This document shows positions 43,896 through 52,981 of a stretch of 64,000 bases of DNA, in pieces. Each line of letters starts with the position of its first letter. Positions within the stretch are counted from its first letter, which is position 1. Source of the DNA: Acidobacteriota bacterium (GTDB lineage Bacteria > Acidobacteriota > Vicinamibacteria > Fen-336); the NCBI GenBank assembly GCA_032127875.1, contig JAQBHI010000158.1:4626-68625 (forward strand), read 5' to 3'. The notes under the pieces are model-generated. The model did no database searches. It was not told the origin of the DNA and saw only the letters and a program-made list of their open reading frames with translations. The position numbers and the translations under genes were made by a program.

Positions 43896-45224
43896 CTATA
43901 GACCCAGGTCGGTGAGGGCGCGCTCCAGGATGGCCGCGGCCTCCTCCAGTTCCCCGTCGGTAATCACGAAGGGCGGCGCCAGCATCACCACGTCGCCGCC
44001 CAGACCGGCGCCGCCGCCACCCGTGTAGGTCACGAGCCCCAGCTCGAAGCAGCGCGCGGCCAGGATCGCGGAGCGGTGCTCCTCCGATGGAAACGGGGCG
44101 TGGCTGGCCCGGTCTGCGACGATCTCGACGCCGACCATCAGGCCGCGGCCGCGGACGTCGCCCACGTGAGGGTGTGCGATGAGTGGCTGCAGCCGGCGCA
44201 GCAGCTTCTCGCCCTGTACGCGCGAGCGCTCCACGAGATCTTCCCGCTCCAGGATCTGCAGCGTCGCGAGGCAGGCCGCCGCCGTGACGGGGTTGTGGGA
44301 GTACGTGAAGCCGTGGATGAAGCCCCCGGACTGCGCGAGCTTGTCGACGATCTTCTCGCTGACGAGCGCCGCGCCCACGGGCATGTAGCCCCCCGACATG
44401 CCCTTGCCGCAGGTCACGATGTCCGGGCTGACTCCGCTCCACTCGATTCCGAACCAGCGGCCGGTGCGGCCGAACCCGATCATCACCTCGTCGTCGATGT
44501 AGAGGACCCCGTAACGGGTGCAGATCTCCCGAGCGCGGCGTGCGTAGTCCTCGGGCGGGATACCGGCGCCGGCGGAGGCACCCAGGATCGGTTCGGTGAT
44601 GTAGGCCGATATCGTCTCGGGCCCCTCGCGCTGAATCACCGCCTCCAGGTCTTCGACGCAGACGACCTCGCACTCCGGATAGGTCTGGCCGAGCGGGCAA
44701 CGATAGCAAAACGGCGACATCACCTCGGGCTGCGGCCGGATCATCGGCGCGTATGGCAGCCGCAGGCGCGGACGCCCCGACACGGCCAACGTCGCCAGCG
44801 TGTTGCCGTGGTAGGAGATGGAACGCCCTATGATCTTGTGGCGCGACTCCTGGCCGTTCGCGACGTGATACGCGCGCGCCAGCTTGATGGCCGTTTCGTT
44901 GGCCTCGGAGCCGCCTGACACGAGGTACAGGCGATTGCAGTCGCCGGGGGTGTGCTTCGCGAGGCGCGCAGCGTACTCCTCGATCACCTCGCTCGTGAAG
45001 TGCGTGCCGTGGACGTAGGCAGCGCGGCCGGCCTGAAGCGCCATCGCCGAGGCGACCTCGCCGCGGCCGTGGCCGATATTCACGACGACCGCGCCGCCCG
45101 ATCCATCGATGTAGCGCCGCCCGTCGCGGTCCCAGAGGATCGCCCCGACTCCGTGATCGATCGCACGCATCTCGCGCCCGAGCGGGCGGTGAAAGACGTT
45201 CGAGCTGGGGTAAGCGTAAGCCAC
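43896..45224 (-). CDS. Class III aminotransferase (omega-amino acid : pyruvate type).
   Basis: Conserved blocks SNVFHRPL, DGSGGAVVVNIGHG and TCGKGMSGGYMPVGA (PLP Lys). The start is set at the GTG at 45224; the ATG at 45170 is an alternative. The long N-terminal extension on the track overlaps the upstream gene and is rejected. Confidence 0.8.
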   Translation of the reverse strand: MAYAYPSSNVFHRPLGREMRAIDHGVGAILWDRDGRRYIDGSGGAVVVNIGHGRGEVASAMALQAGRAAYVHGTHFTSEVIEEYAARLAKHTPGDCNRLYLVSGGSEANETAIKLARAYHVANGQESRHKIIGRSISYHGNTLATLAVSGRPRLRLPYAPMIRPQPEVMSPFCYRCPLGQTYPECEVVCVEDLEAVIQREGPETISAYITEPILGASAGAGIPPEDYARRAREICTRYGVLYIDDEVMIGFGRTGRWFGIEWSGVSPDIVTCGKGMSGGYMPVGAALVSEKIVDKLAQSGGFIHGFTYSHNPVTAAACLATLQILEREDLVERSRVQGEKLLRRLQPLIAHPHVGDVRGRGLMVGVEIVADRASHAPFPSEEHRSAILAARCFELGLVTYTGGGGAGLGGDVVMLAPPFVITDGELEEAAAILERALTDLGL

Positions 45225-45229
45225 GCTCG

Positions 45230-46798
45230 TCAGTGGACGATGGTTCGCGACTGCTCGCGCATGAACTGCTGGACGTAGTAGAGCCCGCCCGAAGCCTTGC
45301 CCGAGGAGCCGCTGCCCTTCCAGCCGCCAAAGGGCTGCACGCCGGGCCAGGCCCCGGTCGTTGCTCCGGCCTTGCGGTTCACGTAGACGACGCCGGCCTC
45401 GATCCTCTCGAGGAAGCGGTCCACTTCCTTCGCCTCGGCGCTGAAGAAGCCGGCGGTGAGCCCGTACTCCGTGCTGTTGGCGAGCCCCAGGGCTTCGTCG
45501 AGCGTCTCGAACGGGGCGACACAGACCATCGGCACGAACAGCTCGTTCTGGAACAGGAAGTGATCGTGCGGGAGGCCATCGACGATGCTCGGCGCCACGA
45601 AGTAGCCATGGGCCAGATCGCCGTCCGTGAGCGCCTTGCCACCGCTGAGCACCTCGCCGTCCTTCCAGGCCAGCTCGGCGTACTTCGCGTAGTCCTTGTA
45701 GGCGCGCTGGTGGATCAGCGGGCCGAGCCAGACGCCGTGCTGGCTCGGATCGCCGACGCTGATCCCCTGCGTCTTCCGCACCAGCAATTCCAGGAACTGG
45801 TCTTTGGCCGAGCGTTGCACGTAGACCCGCGAGCAGGCACTGCATTTCTGCCCCTGCAGGCCGAAGGCCGACCTCATGACGCCTTCGGCGGCGTCCTCGA
45901 GATTGGCGGAGCTCATCACGATCGCAGGGTTCTTACCGCCCATCTCGGTGATGCAGGGCTTCGGGTAGTTCTGGCTGAAGCGGTGGTAGATGTTCATGCC
46001 CACGGCCTTCGAGCCGGTGAACAGGATCCCGTCTACGGCGGGGTGCGAGGTCAGCGCCTCGCCGGTTTCGGGGCCCGTACCGAAGACGAGGTGGAGCGCA
46101 CCAGCCGGCACGCCCGCCTCGCGGAAGATGTTGTGGAGAGCGAGGGCGGTGAGCGGCGTCTCGTGACTCGGCTTCAGGACCACGGTGTTGCCTGCGACCA
46201 GGGCGCCCGAGACGGGACCTCCGGCCAGCGCAAAGGGAAAGTTGAAGGGGCTGATGATCACCCAGACGCCGTAGGGCCGCAGGACGGAGCGTGTCTCCTC
46301 GTTGGGTGTGAAGCGGGACATCGGCCGGTCGAAGCCGCCGTTCCTTTCCATCTGCTCGCAGTAGTAGCGGGCGAGGTCGGCGGTCTCGGTCACGTCACCC
46401 ATCGCCTCCAGGCGGTTCTTGCCCGCTTCCAGGCTGACCAGGGCGGACAACTCGAAGCCCCGTTCCTCGATCAGGTCGGCGGCCTTGCGGATGATGGCCG
46501 AGCGCTCCTGCCAGGGCCGGCCGCTCCATTCGGGAAAACTCCGCTTCGCGGCCCGGACGGCGCGGTCGACGTCTTCCTTGGCCCCGATCGGGAACGAGCC
46601 GATGACGAGGCGAGTGTCGACGGGGCTGCGGTCCTCGAAGGAGCGCGGACTCATCACTTCCTGGCCATCGATCCGGTGCGGATGCGTGTTGCCGAACGAC
46701 GCACGCACGCGTTCGACGGCCGCGTCGTACTTCTTCCGGAACTCTTCCGTCTGCCCCGCCGCCAGTGTGGCGTAGGTGACCCGCTCAGCAGTGCTCAT
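45230..46798 (-). CDS. L-glutamate gamma-semialdehyde (1-pyrroline-5-carboxylate) dehydrogenase-type aldehyde dehydrogenase.
   Basis: 522 aa. ALDH motifs include ISPFNFPFA, ITEMGGKNP and GQKCSACSR (catalytic Cys). The C-terminal QPFGGWKGSG is typical of RocA/PruA-type enzymes. Confidence 0.8.
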   Translation of the reverse strand: MSTAERVTYATLAAGQTEEFRKKYDAAVERVRASFGNTHPHRIDGQEVMSPRSFEDRSPVDTRLVIGSFPIGAKEDVDRAVRAAKRSFPEWSGRPWQERSAIIRKAADLIEERGFELSALVSLEAGKNRLEAMGDVTETADLARYYCEQMERNGGFDRPMSRFTPNEETRSVLRPYGVWVIISPFNFPFALAGGPVSGALVAGNTVVLKPSHETPLTALALHNIFREAGVPAGALHLVFGTGPETGEALTSHPAVDGILFTGSKAVGMNIYHRFSQNYPKPCITEMGGKNPAIVMSSANLEDAAEGVMRSAFGLQGQKCSACSRVYVQRSAKDQFLELLVRKTQGISVGDPSQHGVWLGPLIHQRAYKDYAKYAELAWKDGEVLSGGKALTDGDLAHGYFVAPSIVDGLPHDHFLFQNELFVPMVCVAPFETLDEALGLANSTEYGLTAGFFSAEAKEVDRFLERIEAGVVYVNRKAGATTGAWPGVQPFGGWKGSGSSGKASGGLYYVQQFMREQSRTIVH

Positions 46799-46870
46799 CG
46801 AGGCTCTTAGCTCCTTGAACCCGGGGCAGCTTTTCCACCAGGGAACTTGGCATTCTACCGCGAGAGAAGA

Positions 46871-47647
46871 CTACTGGCGCCGCGAGCCGGCGCCCACGGG
46901 CGCCATCAGCGCGCCGAAGACGAGCATCAGGCTCGACACGTACGCCCACAGCAGCAGCGCGACCGAGAAGGCGAGCGGGCCGTAGAAGGCCTGCAGGTTC
47001 ATCTGGCCGAGCTTCGCGACGAAAGCGTACTTGACCAGCTCCCAGGTGACGCCGCCCCAGAGCGCCGCGCGCAGGGCGACCCGGGTGCCCACCGTTTTCG
47101 ACGGGATCAGCGTGTAGATCAGGAAGAACAGGCAGTACGTCAGCAGAAACGCGCTGGCCTTGGCGCTGAAGCCGGCGAGCAGCGGCCACGCCTTGCCGTA
47201 GTTCCGAGCCGTGATGGTGAGCCCGACGGACACGAATGCGAGACAGCCGCCGGCGACCGTCATCAGGAAGGCCAGGACGCGGCTCAGCAGGAAATGGCGC
47301 TCCGAGCGCCCGCCCCAGGCGCGGTTCAAGGCCATCTCCACCGGCATGAAGATCCCCGACGAAGCCCAGACGATGACCAGCAGCGAAAACACCTCGAGCC
47401 CCTTCGCGATCCGGGTCAGGTTCTTGAGCGACGAGGCGATCGCCGCGTGACCGAACGGGATCAGCTCTTGCAACAGCAGCAGCAAGGCGGCGCCGGCACG
47501 GCTGCCTTGATAGCGCTGGGAGAATCCGGCCAGGACCAGCAGCAGCGGGAACAGACACAGCAGGAAGTTGAAGGCAATCGCGTTGGTCAGCACGGCGATG
47601 TCGCGGGAGAGCAGCGTCCCGACGGCCGACCACAGGCGCTTCACCAC
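46871..47647 (-). CDS. YihY/BrkB-family inner-membrane protein.
   Basis: A multi-TM YihY-like sequence (…NAIAFNFLLCLFPLLLVLAG…). The GTG start is 5 nt after the permease stop. It forms the C-terminal part of a fused track ORF. Confidence 0.7.
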   Translation of the reverse strand: MVKRLWSAVGTLLSRDIAVLTNAIAFNFLLCLFPLLLVLAGFSQRYQGSRAGAALLLLLQELIPFGHAAIASSLKNLTRIAKGLEVFSLLVIVWASSGIFMPVEMALNRAWGGRSERHFLLSRVLAFLMTVAGGCLAFVSVGLTITARNYGKAWPLLAGFSAKASAFLLTYCLFFLIYTLIPSKTVGTRVALRAALWGGVTWELVKYAFVAKLGQMNLQAFYGPLAFSVALLLWAYVSSLMLVFGALMAPVGAGSRRQ

Positions 47648-47652
47648 CGCGC

Positions 47653-49047
47653 CTACTCCCGCAGGGCGGGCGGCCGGGCGGCACGACGCCAATACGCGTA
47701 CGCCGGCAGGCCCAGGGCCAGGAGCACGAGCCCGATGCCCGATTCCCTCGGCTTTTCCACGAGGGTGTTCACGACCAGAGCCAGGGACGAGAGCACGAAC
47801 AGCAGCGGCACCCAAGGGTAGCCCCAGGTCCGGTAGGGCCGCGCGGCTTGCGGCCGCGTGCGGCGCAGCACCAGCACTGCGGCGCCAGTGGCCGCGTGAG
47901 ACAGCACGACTGCGAACACCACGTAGGTGTAGAGCTGCTCGTAGCTGCCCGAGAACGTGAGCACGATCGCCCACAAGCCCTGGGCCAGGATGCAGGCTGC
48001 CGGCGTGCTGTAGCGGGGATGGATCCTGGCGAGGGCCGGGAAGAACACGCCGTCCTGGGCCATCGGCAGATAGATGCGGGCTGCGTACAGGATCGTGGAG
48101 GAAATGCAGCCGAAGGTGGAGACGAGAACCGCGACCGAGATCAGCCGGCCCCCGATCGAACCGAACAGCGCCGCGGCGGCGGCCTCCCCGATGCGCGGCG
48201 TCTGCGCCATCGCCTCGACCGGAAGGGCGCGCACGTAGACGACGTTCATGAGCAGGTAGAGCAGCGTGACGGCGGCAGTGCCCGCGACCAGGCCGAGCGG
48301 CAGCTCGCGTTCGGGCCGCCGCATCTCGCCCGCCAGGTTGGTCACCGCGTACCACCCGTCGAAGCTCCACAGGACCGCGATCATCGCGACTCCGACCGCC
48401 GCGACGAGGCCGCTCGCGGGCAGCGGGGCCAGCAGCTGCGGAGCGGCTGTCGCGGGAAGCAGCACGCCGAGCACCCCCAGTCCGATGATCGAGCCCACCT
48501 TCACCCAGGTCACGAAATTCTGGAGCCCGACTGCCTCGCGCAGGCCTACGTAATTCACGGCCGTGAGCAGCAGGATCGCCAGCGCCCCGGCGAGCTGGCC
48601 GCCGTTGATCGGGAGCTGCCAGGGCCCGAGCGGAATCTCGACGAGCCGGTGAGCGGTCGAGAAAAACGGCAAGAAGGAGCCCAGGTACTCGCCAAAGCCG
48701 ACTGCCAGCGTCGCGATCCCGCCCGACATGATCACGAAGAACGCAGCCCATCCGAACAGGAAGCCCCACAGCGGCCCGTACGTCTCGCGCAGGAAGTGGT
48801 ACTGGCCGCCCGCCCTGGGGAACATCGCGCCCAGCTCCGCGTAGGTGAGTGCGCCGGCGAGGGTCAACAAGCCGCCCACGAGCCACACCGCCAGGACCAG
48901 GCCCGCGTGCGGCAAGGCACGGGCAATGTCGCCCGTGGTGATGAAGATTCCCGTTCCCAGGATCGAGCCGATCGTGATCAGCGCGGCGTCCAGCGCGCTG
49001 AGCCCACGGACCAACTGCGGCGAGGAACCGGCCTGCCCGTCGTGCAT
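47653..49047 (-). CDS. APC-family amino-acid permease.
   Basis: ITIGSILGTGIFITTG, the N-terminal APC signature. About 12 TM helices. 464 aa. Confidence 0.85.
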   Translation of the reverse strand: MHDGQAGSSPQLVRGLSALDAALITIGSILGTGIFITTGDIARALPHAGLVLAVWLVGGLLTLAGALTYAELGAMFPRAGGQYHFLRETYGPLWGFLFGWAAFFVIMSGGIATLAVGFGEYLGSFLPFFSTAHRLVEIPLGPWQLPINGGQLAGALAILLLTAVNYVGLREAVGLQNFVTWVKVGSIIGLGVLGVLLPATAAPQLLAPLPASGLVAAVGVAMIAVLWSFDGWYAVTNLAGEMRRPERELPLGLVAGTAAVTLLYLLMNVVYVRALPVEAMAQTPRIGEAAAAALFGSIGGRLISVAVLVSTFGCISSTILYAARIYLPMAQDGVFFPALARIHPRYSTPAACILAQGLWAIVLTFSGSYEQLYTYVVFAVVLSHAATGAAVLVLRRTRPQAARPYRTWGYPWVPLLFVLSSLALVVNTLVEKPRESGIGLVLLALGLPAYAYWRRAARPPALRE

Positions 49048-49118
49048 CGGGCCGGCATTCTAACCGCAAGGAGGCCCTCAAGGGGCCGGCGGGGCCGCAT
49101 GCTAAGCTGTTCTTTCCG

Positions 49119-49952
49119 ATGGTCGACGAGATCCGCATCCGGCTCGTGAAAGACCGGGCTGACTTCGATTCCTGCGTCCTGCTTCAGCGAGCGGTCTGGG
49201 GCCTGCTCGATCTCGAGATCACCTCGGCGATCCAGCTGATCGCCACGATTCACGCGGGCGGGATGTTGCACCTCGCGGAGACCGCCTCGGGCCAGGCGAT
49301 TGGCTTCGCCTACGCCTTTCCCGCCTGGAGCGGCGGCGCGGCGCACCTCCATTCGGACATGGTCGCCGTGCTGCCCGAACACCAGAGGCAGGGCGTCGGC
49401 GTGCGCCTGAAGTGGGCCCAGCGCGACGCGGCACTGCGGCGCGGCCTCTCTCTCATCACCTGGACCTACGACCCGCTGCAGTCGCGCAACGCCCACATGA
49501 ACCTGCGTCGCCTCGGCGCCACGGCTGTCGAGTTCCTGGAGGACTTCTACGGGATCACGACCTCGTCGCTCCACCACGGCCTGCCGACCGACCGCCTGCT
49601 CGTGCGTTGGGAGCTCTCGGCCGAGCGCGTGGCCGAGCGTGCGCTCGGCGGCGAGCCCACCCGATCCGTGGCGGCGCCCGGGAGCCCCCGCATCAATGAG
49701 GTCAAGTGGCAGGCTGGCTGGCCCGTGACCTCGGAACCGCGTCTCGACCTGACGGCGCCCGAGCTGCTTCTCGAGATCCCGCCGGACTGGGACGTGCTAT
49801 GCCAGGCCGCGCCGCGCGTAGCGGAGGGTTGGCAGGCCACAGTGCGGCGCGCCCTCCAATCGTACTTTGCGCACGGCTACCAGGCGACCGACTTCGTCCC
49901 GACCGAGGAGGGCGGACGCCGGCGCCCGCTCTACGTGCTTCGCAAGCCCTGA
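49119..49952 (+). CDS. GNAT-family N-acetyltransferase (two-domain).
   Basis: The acetyl-CoA binding block is VLPEHQRQGVGVRLKWAQRD. 277 aa. Confidence 0.65.
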   Translation: MVDEIRIRLVKDRADFDSCVLLQRAVWGLLDLEITSAIQLIATIHAGGMLHLAETASGQAIGFAYAFPAWSGGAAHLHSDMVAVLPEHQRQGVGVRLKWAQRDAALRRGLSLITWTYDPLQSRNAHMNLRRLGATAVEFLEDFYGITTSSLHHGLPTDRLLVRWELSAERVAERALGGEPTRSVAAPGSPRINEVKWQAGWPVTSEPRLDLTAPELLLEIPPDWDVLCQAAPRVAEGWQATVRRALQSYFAHGYQATDFVPTEEGGRRRPLYVLRKP

Positions 49953-50028
49953 GCGCTACTTCGCAGGCTTCGGGTCGTGGGTGGATGTGCACCGCCTTCC
50001 AACGTGACCGCGAGTCATCCCACCGCCC

Positions 50029-50058
50029 TTGACGCCGCGCGCCTCGTCATCTTAGAGT
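50029..50058 (+). promoter_or_regulatory. Candidate promoter upstream of the outer-membrane receptor gene.
   Basis: TTGACG, an 18-nt spacer, then TAGAGT. The downstream SD GGAGG is 9 nt before the ATG at 50135. Confidence 0.25.
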
Positions 50059-50134
50059 GGCGCCATCAGTGTCGTCTGGAATGCTAACCGCCGGGCGCTG
50101 ACGCGGGGCGGCGCCGGCACGGAGGTCCGAAGCC

Positions 50135-52918
50135 ATGCGAAGGAACCTCGTCGCGCTTCTGGGTGTCGCCATGCTCTGGCTGCCCTCACCCGCCGCGGCC
50201 CAGCGCGTCACCGGCAACATCGTCGGGACGGCAAAGGACGACTCCAGCGCGGCCATGCCGGGCGTCACGGTGACGCTGAGCGGGCCGCTGATCAACGGAG
50301 CCCAAACGACCGTGACCAACGGTGAGGGCTTCTACCGCTTCATCGCCTTGCCGCCAGGCGTGTACAACGTCAGCTTCGCGCTTTCGGGCTTCGCAACGCT
50401 CAACCGGCAAGGCGTCAAAGTCGCGGTGGGCGGCACGGAAGAGATCAGCGTGCTGATGAAGGTGAAGCAGCAGGCCGAAGAGATCACCGTGATCGGCGAA
50501 GCGGCCCTGGTGGATACCCACACGAACCAGGTGAGCACCAACTACGACAAAGACTGGGTCCGCAACGCGCCCGTCCCGCGCTTCAGCATGTTCGACCTCC
50601 TCGCAGTCGCGCCCGGCGTCTCCCAGAACCTCCAGGGGGGGACGACGCTCTCGGTCTTCGGCTCCGGAACCGACGAGAACTCGTTCCAGATCGACGGGAC
50701 CAACCTGACGTCGGCCACCACCGGCGAGGCCTGGCCGTATCCCAACACCGACGCGATCGAGGAGATCGAGGTCCTGTCTCTGGGCGCCCCCGCCGAGTAC
50801 GGCAACCTCACCGGCGCTGTCCTGAACGTCGTGACACGCCAGGGAACCAACGACTTCCACGGCGACGTCAACTTCTACTTCCAGGCCGACGGCCTGACGA
50901 GCACCAACACGACGGCGGAGGAGGATGGGGGCTTCCCCTTCCATCGGGAGCACTTCTACGACGCCACCGCCCAGATCCTGGGACCGATCATCAAGGACAA
51001 GCTCCACTTCTTCGCGTCGTATCAGTACCAGACGGACGCCAAGGCGCCGGCGGGCGTCGAGCCTCAATTCTTCACCGACGAGACCGCCCATCGCCCCTTC
51101 TTCAAGCTGAACTGGCAGGTCAGCCCCAAGCACAAGCTGGGCTTCGCCTATCACAACGACTACTACAAGCTGCCGGGAACGCCGGCCGCGAACCTGTCGC
51201 CCAGCAACATCGGATCCGACAACGGCCAGAACCCGACGCCCAATCTCATGTACACGGGCGTGCTGTCGGACAAGACCGTGCTCGAGGCTCGGGCGGCCGG
51301 TTTCTGGGGCCACGATCACCTGGACCCCCTCGTGGGACCCCTCGTCCAGCCCTACTTCTACGACCTCGACTCGGGCCAGGCCAGCGGCGGCCTCTACTCC
51401 TGGTACGACGACCGCACCTACCAGTCCGCCAGCAGCGTCAAGATCTCCCACTTCGCCGACAACTTCCTGGGCGCCAGCCACGACTTCAAGTTCGGTGTGC
51501 AGTACGTCAACGGCGGCGTCAACGACGGACGCTTCGGCTACAACGACCAGATCTTCACCTACGAGTACACCTACACGGACTACTACGGGAACGACAGCAC
51601 GTATCAGCTCGCCTACGGCTACGACTTTCCGATCTACTCCTACGCCGCGAACACCGACGGCGTCGGCCTCTTCTTCGACGACACGGTCCGGGTGAATGAC
51701 AGGCTCACACTGAATCTCGGCCTGCGCTACGACCACAACAGGGCGCGCATTCCCAATCTCGACATCCTCGACGACGCGGGCAATCCGACCGGGGATGTCA
51801 TCCCGAAACGGGATCTCTACACCTGGAACGTCCTGGCGCCGCGCGTCGGCTTCAACCTCAAGCTCACCGGGGACGGGAAGACGGCCCTGAAAGGCCACTA
51901 TGGCCGCTACTATCGGGGCGTCATCACGGCCGAGTACTCGGCGTCGGTGGGCACGTCTCCGGGCATCACTCGCGCGGGCGCCTATGACCTCGAAACCAAC
52001 ACCTTCATCGATCCCGTCGTCACCGGCTCCAGCCAGAACCAGTCCATCGACCCCAATTACAAGAACCCCTACACCGACCAGTTCATCGCCAGCCTGGAGC
52101 GAGAGCTGGGCGGCGACCTGGGGCTCTCGCTCCACTACGTCCACAAGCAGGGCCGGAGGGGCTCCGCCTGGCGGGACACCACGGGCCAGTTCGAAGACGT
52201 GACGATCTTCGACGACACAGGGCCGGGAGCCACGGGGCAGGCGGTCGGGGTCAAGCGCATCTTGACCGACCCCGCGGACAGCCTTTTCGTGCTCTCGAAC
52301 GACGAACGGATCAAGACCGACACGAATGCCTTCACCGCCCAGCTCAACAAGCGCATGTCCAGGGGCTGGCAGTTCACGGCCGCCTATACCTACCTCGACT
52401 CGAAGGGGGTCCTGCCCTCGACCCGCCTCGGCCCAACCGACTCGCAGCGCGCGGCGGCTCGTTTCACGACCTTCGGCCAGAACCCCAACGACTTCGTCAA
52501 CGCGGGGGGAAAGCTCCTCGCGGACCGTCCCCACACCTTCAAGACCCAGTTCGTGGCCGAGCTGCCCCATGGCTTCCTGGTCGGTGCCAACTACCTGTTC
52601 CAGAGCGGGCGGGCCTGGGCCCGGAGGTCGCGCATTGCCGACCTCGGTTACCCGAACCCTGTGGAGATCAACATCGACGAGCGCGACGGCAGCCGGCGCG
52701 TGCCCAACCAGAGCATCCTCGACGTGCGCCTCCAGAAGAGCTTCAAGTTCAGCGACCAGGTGCAATTCCGGGCTTTCGCCGATTTCCTGAACCTGTTCAA
52801 CACGGGCAACCACCAGGGGGTGCTGGGCCGACGCGTGGACGTGCCGGAAACCTTCGGCGTTCCGAGCGACTTCCTGCTCCCGCGGCGGCTCATGCTGGGC
52901 GCCAAGCTGACGTTCTAG
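50135..52918 (+). CDS. TonB-dependent-receptor-like outer-membrane protein with an N-terminal carboxypeptidase-regulatory-like domain.
   Basis: Signal peptide, then a CarbopepD_reg-like block (VTGNIVGTAKDDSSAAMPGVTVTL...TNGEGFYRF), a plug region and a long beta-barrel ending in the aromatic C-terminus ...GAKLTF. Confidence 0.8.
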   Translation: MRRNLVALLGVAMLWLPSPAAAQRVTGNIVGTAKDDSSAAMPGVTVTLSGPLINGAQTTVTNGEGFYRFIALPPGVYNVSFALSGFATLNRQGVKVAVGGTEEISVLMKVKQQAEEITVIGEAALVDTHTNQVSTNYDKDWVRNAPVPRFSMFDLLAVAPGVSQNLQGGTTLSVFGSGTDENSFQIDGTNLTSATTGEAWPYPNTDAIEEIEVLSLGAPAEYGNLTGAVLNVVTRQGTNDFHGDVNFYFQADGLTSTNTTAEEDGGFPFHREHFYDATAQILGPIIKDKLHFFASYQYQTDAKAPAGVEPQFFTDETAHRPFFKLNWQVSPKHKLGFAYHNDYYKLPGTPAANLSPSNIGSDNGQNPTPNLMYTGVLSDKTVLEARAAGFWGHDHLDPLVGPLVQPYFYDLDSGQASGGLYSWYDDRTYQSASSVKISHFADNFLGASHDFKFGVQYVNGGVNDGRFGYNDQIFTYEYTYTDYYGNDSTYQLAYGYDFPIYSYAANTDGVGLFFDDTVRVNDRLTLNLGLRYDHNRARIPNLDILDDAGNPTGDVIPKRDLYTWNVLAPRVGFNLKLTGDGKTALKGHYGRYYRGVITAEYSASVGTSPGITRAGAYDLETNTFIDPVVTGSSQNQSIDPNYKNPYTDQFIASLERELGGDLGLSLHYVHKQGRRGSAWRDTTGQFEDVTIFDDTGPGATGQAVGVKRILTDPADSLFVLSNDERIKTDTNAFTAQLNKRMSRGWQFTAAYTYLDSKGVLPSTRLGPTDSQRAAARFTTFGQNPNDFVNAGGKLLADRPHTFKTQFVAELPHGFLVGANYLFQSGRAWARRSRIADLGYPNPVEINIDERDGSRRVPNQSILDVRLQKSFKFSDQVQFRAFADFLNLFNTGNHQGVLGRRVDVPETFGVPSDFLLPRRLMLGAKLTF

Positions 52919-52951
52919 AGGACCTCCCCGGGCGCGCTTCTGGCCCACCAT

Positions 52952-52976
52952 GCCGCGCGAAGTGAATTCGCGCGGC
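52952..52976. terminator. Perfect 10-bp GC-rich hairpin between convergent genes.
   Basis: GCCGCGCGAA gtgaa TTCGCGCGGC lies in the 63-bp gap between the outer-membrane-receptor and sulfatase stops. Confidence 0.35.
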
Positions 52977-52981
52977 GCCAG

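Noticed and set aside
50186-52951. 921-aa minus-strand ORF.
   Set aside because: Antisense of the TonB-type outer-membrane protein gene. Arg/Gly/Val-rich, with no domain signatures.
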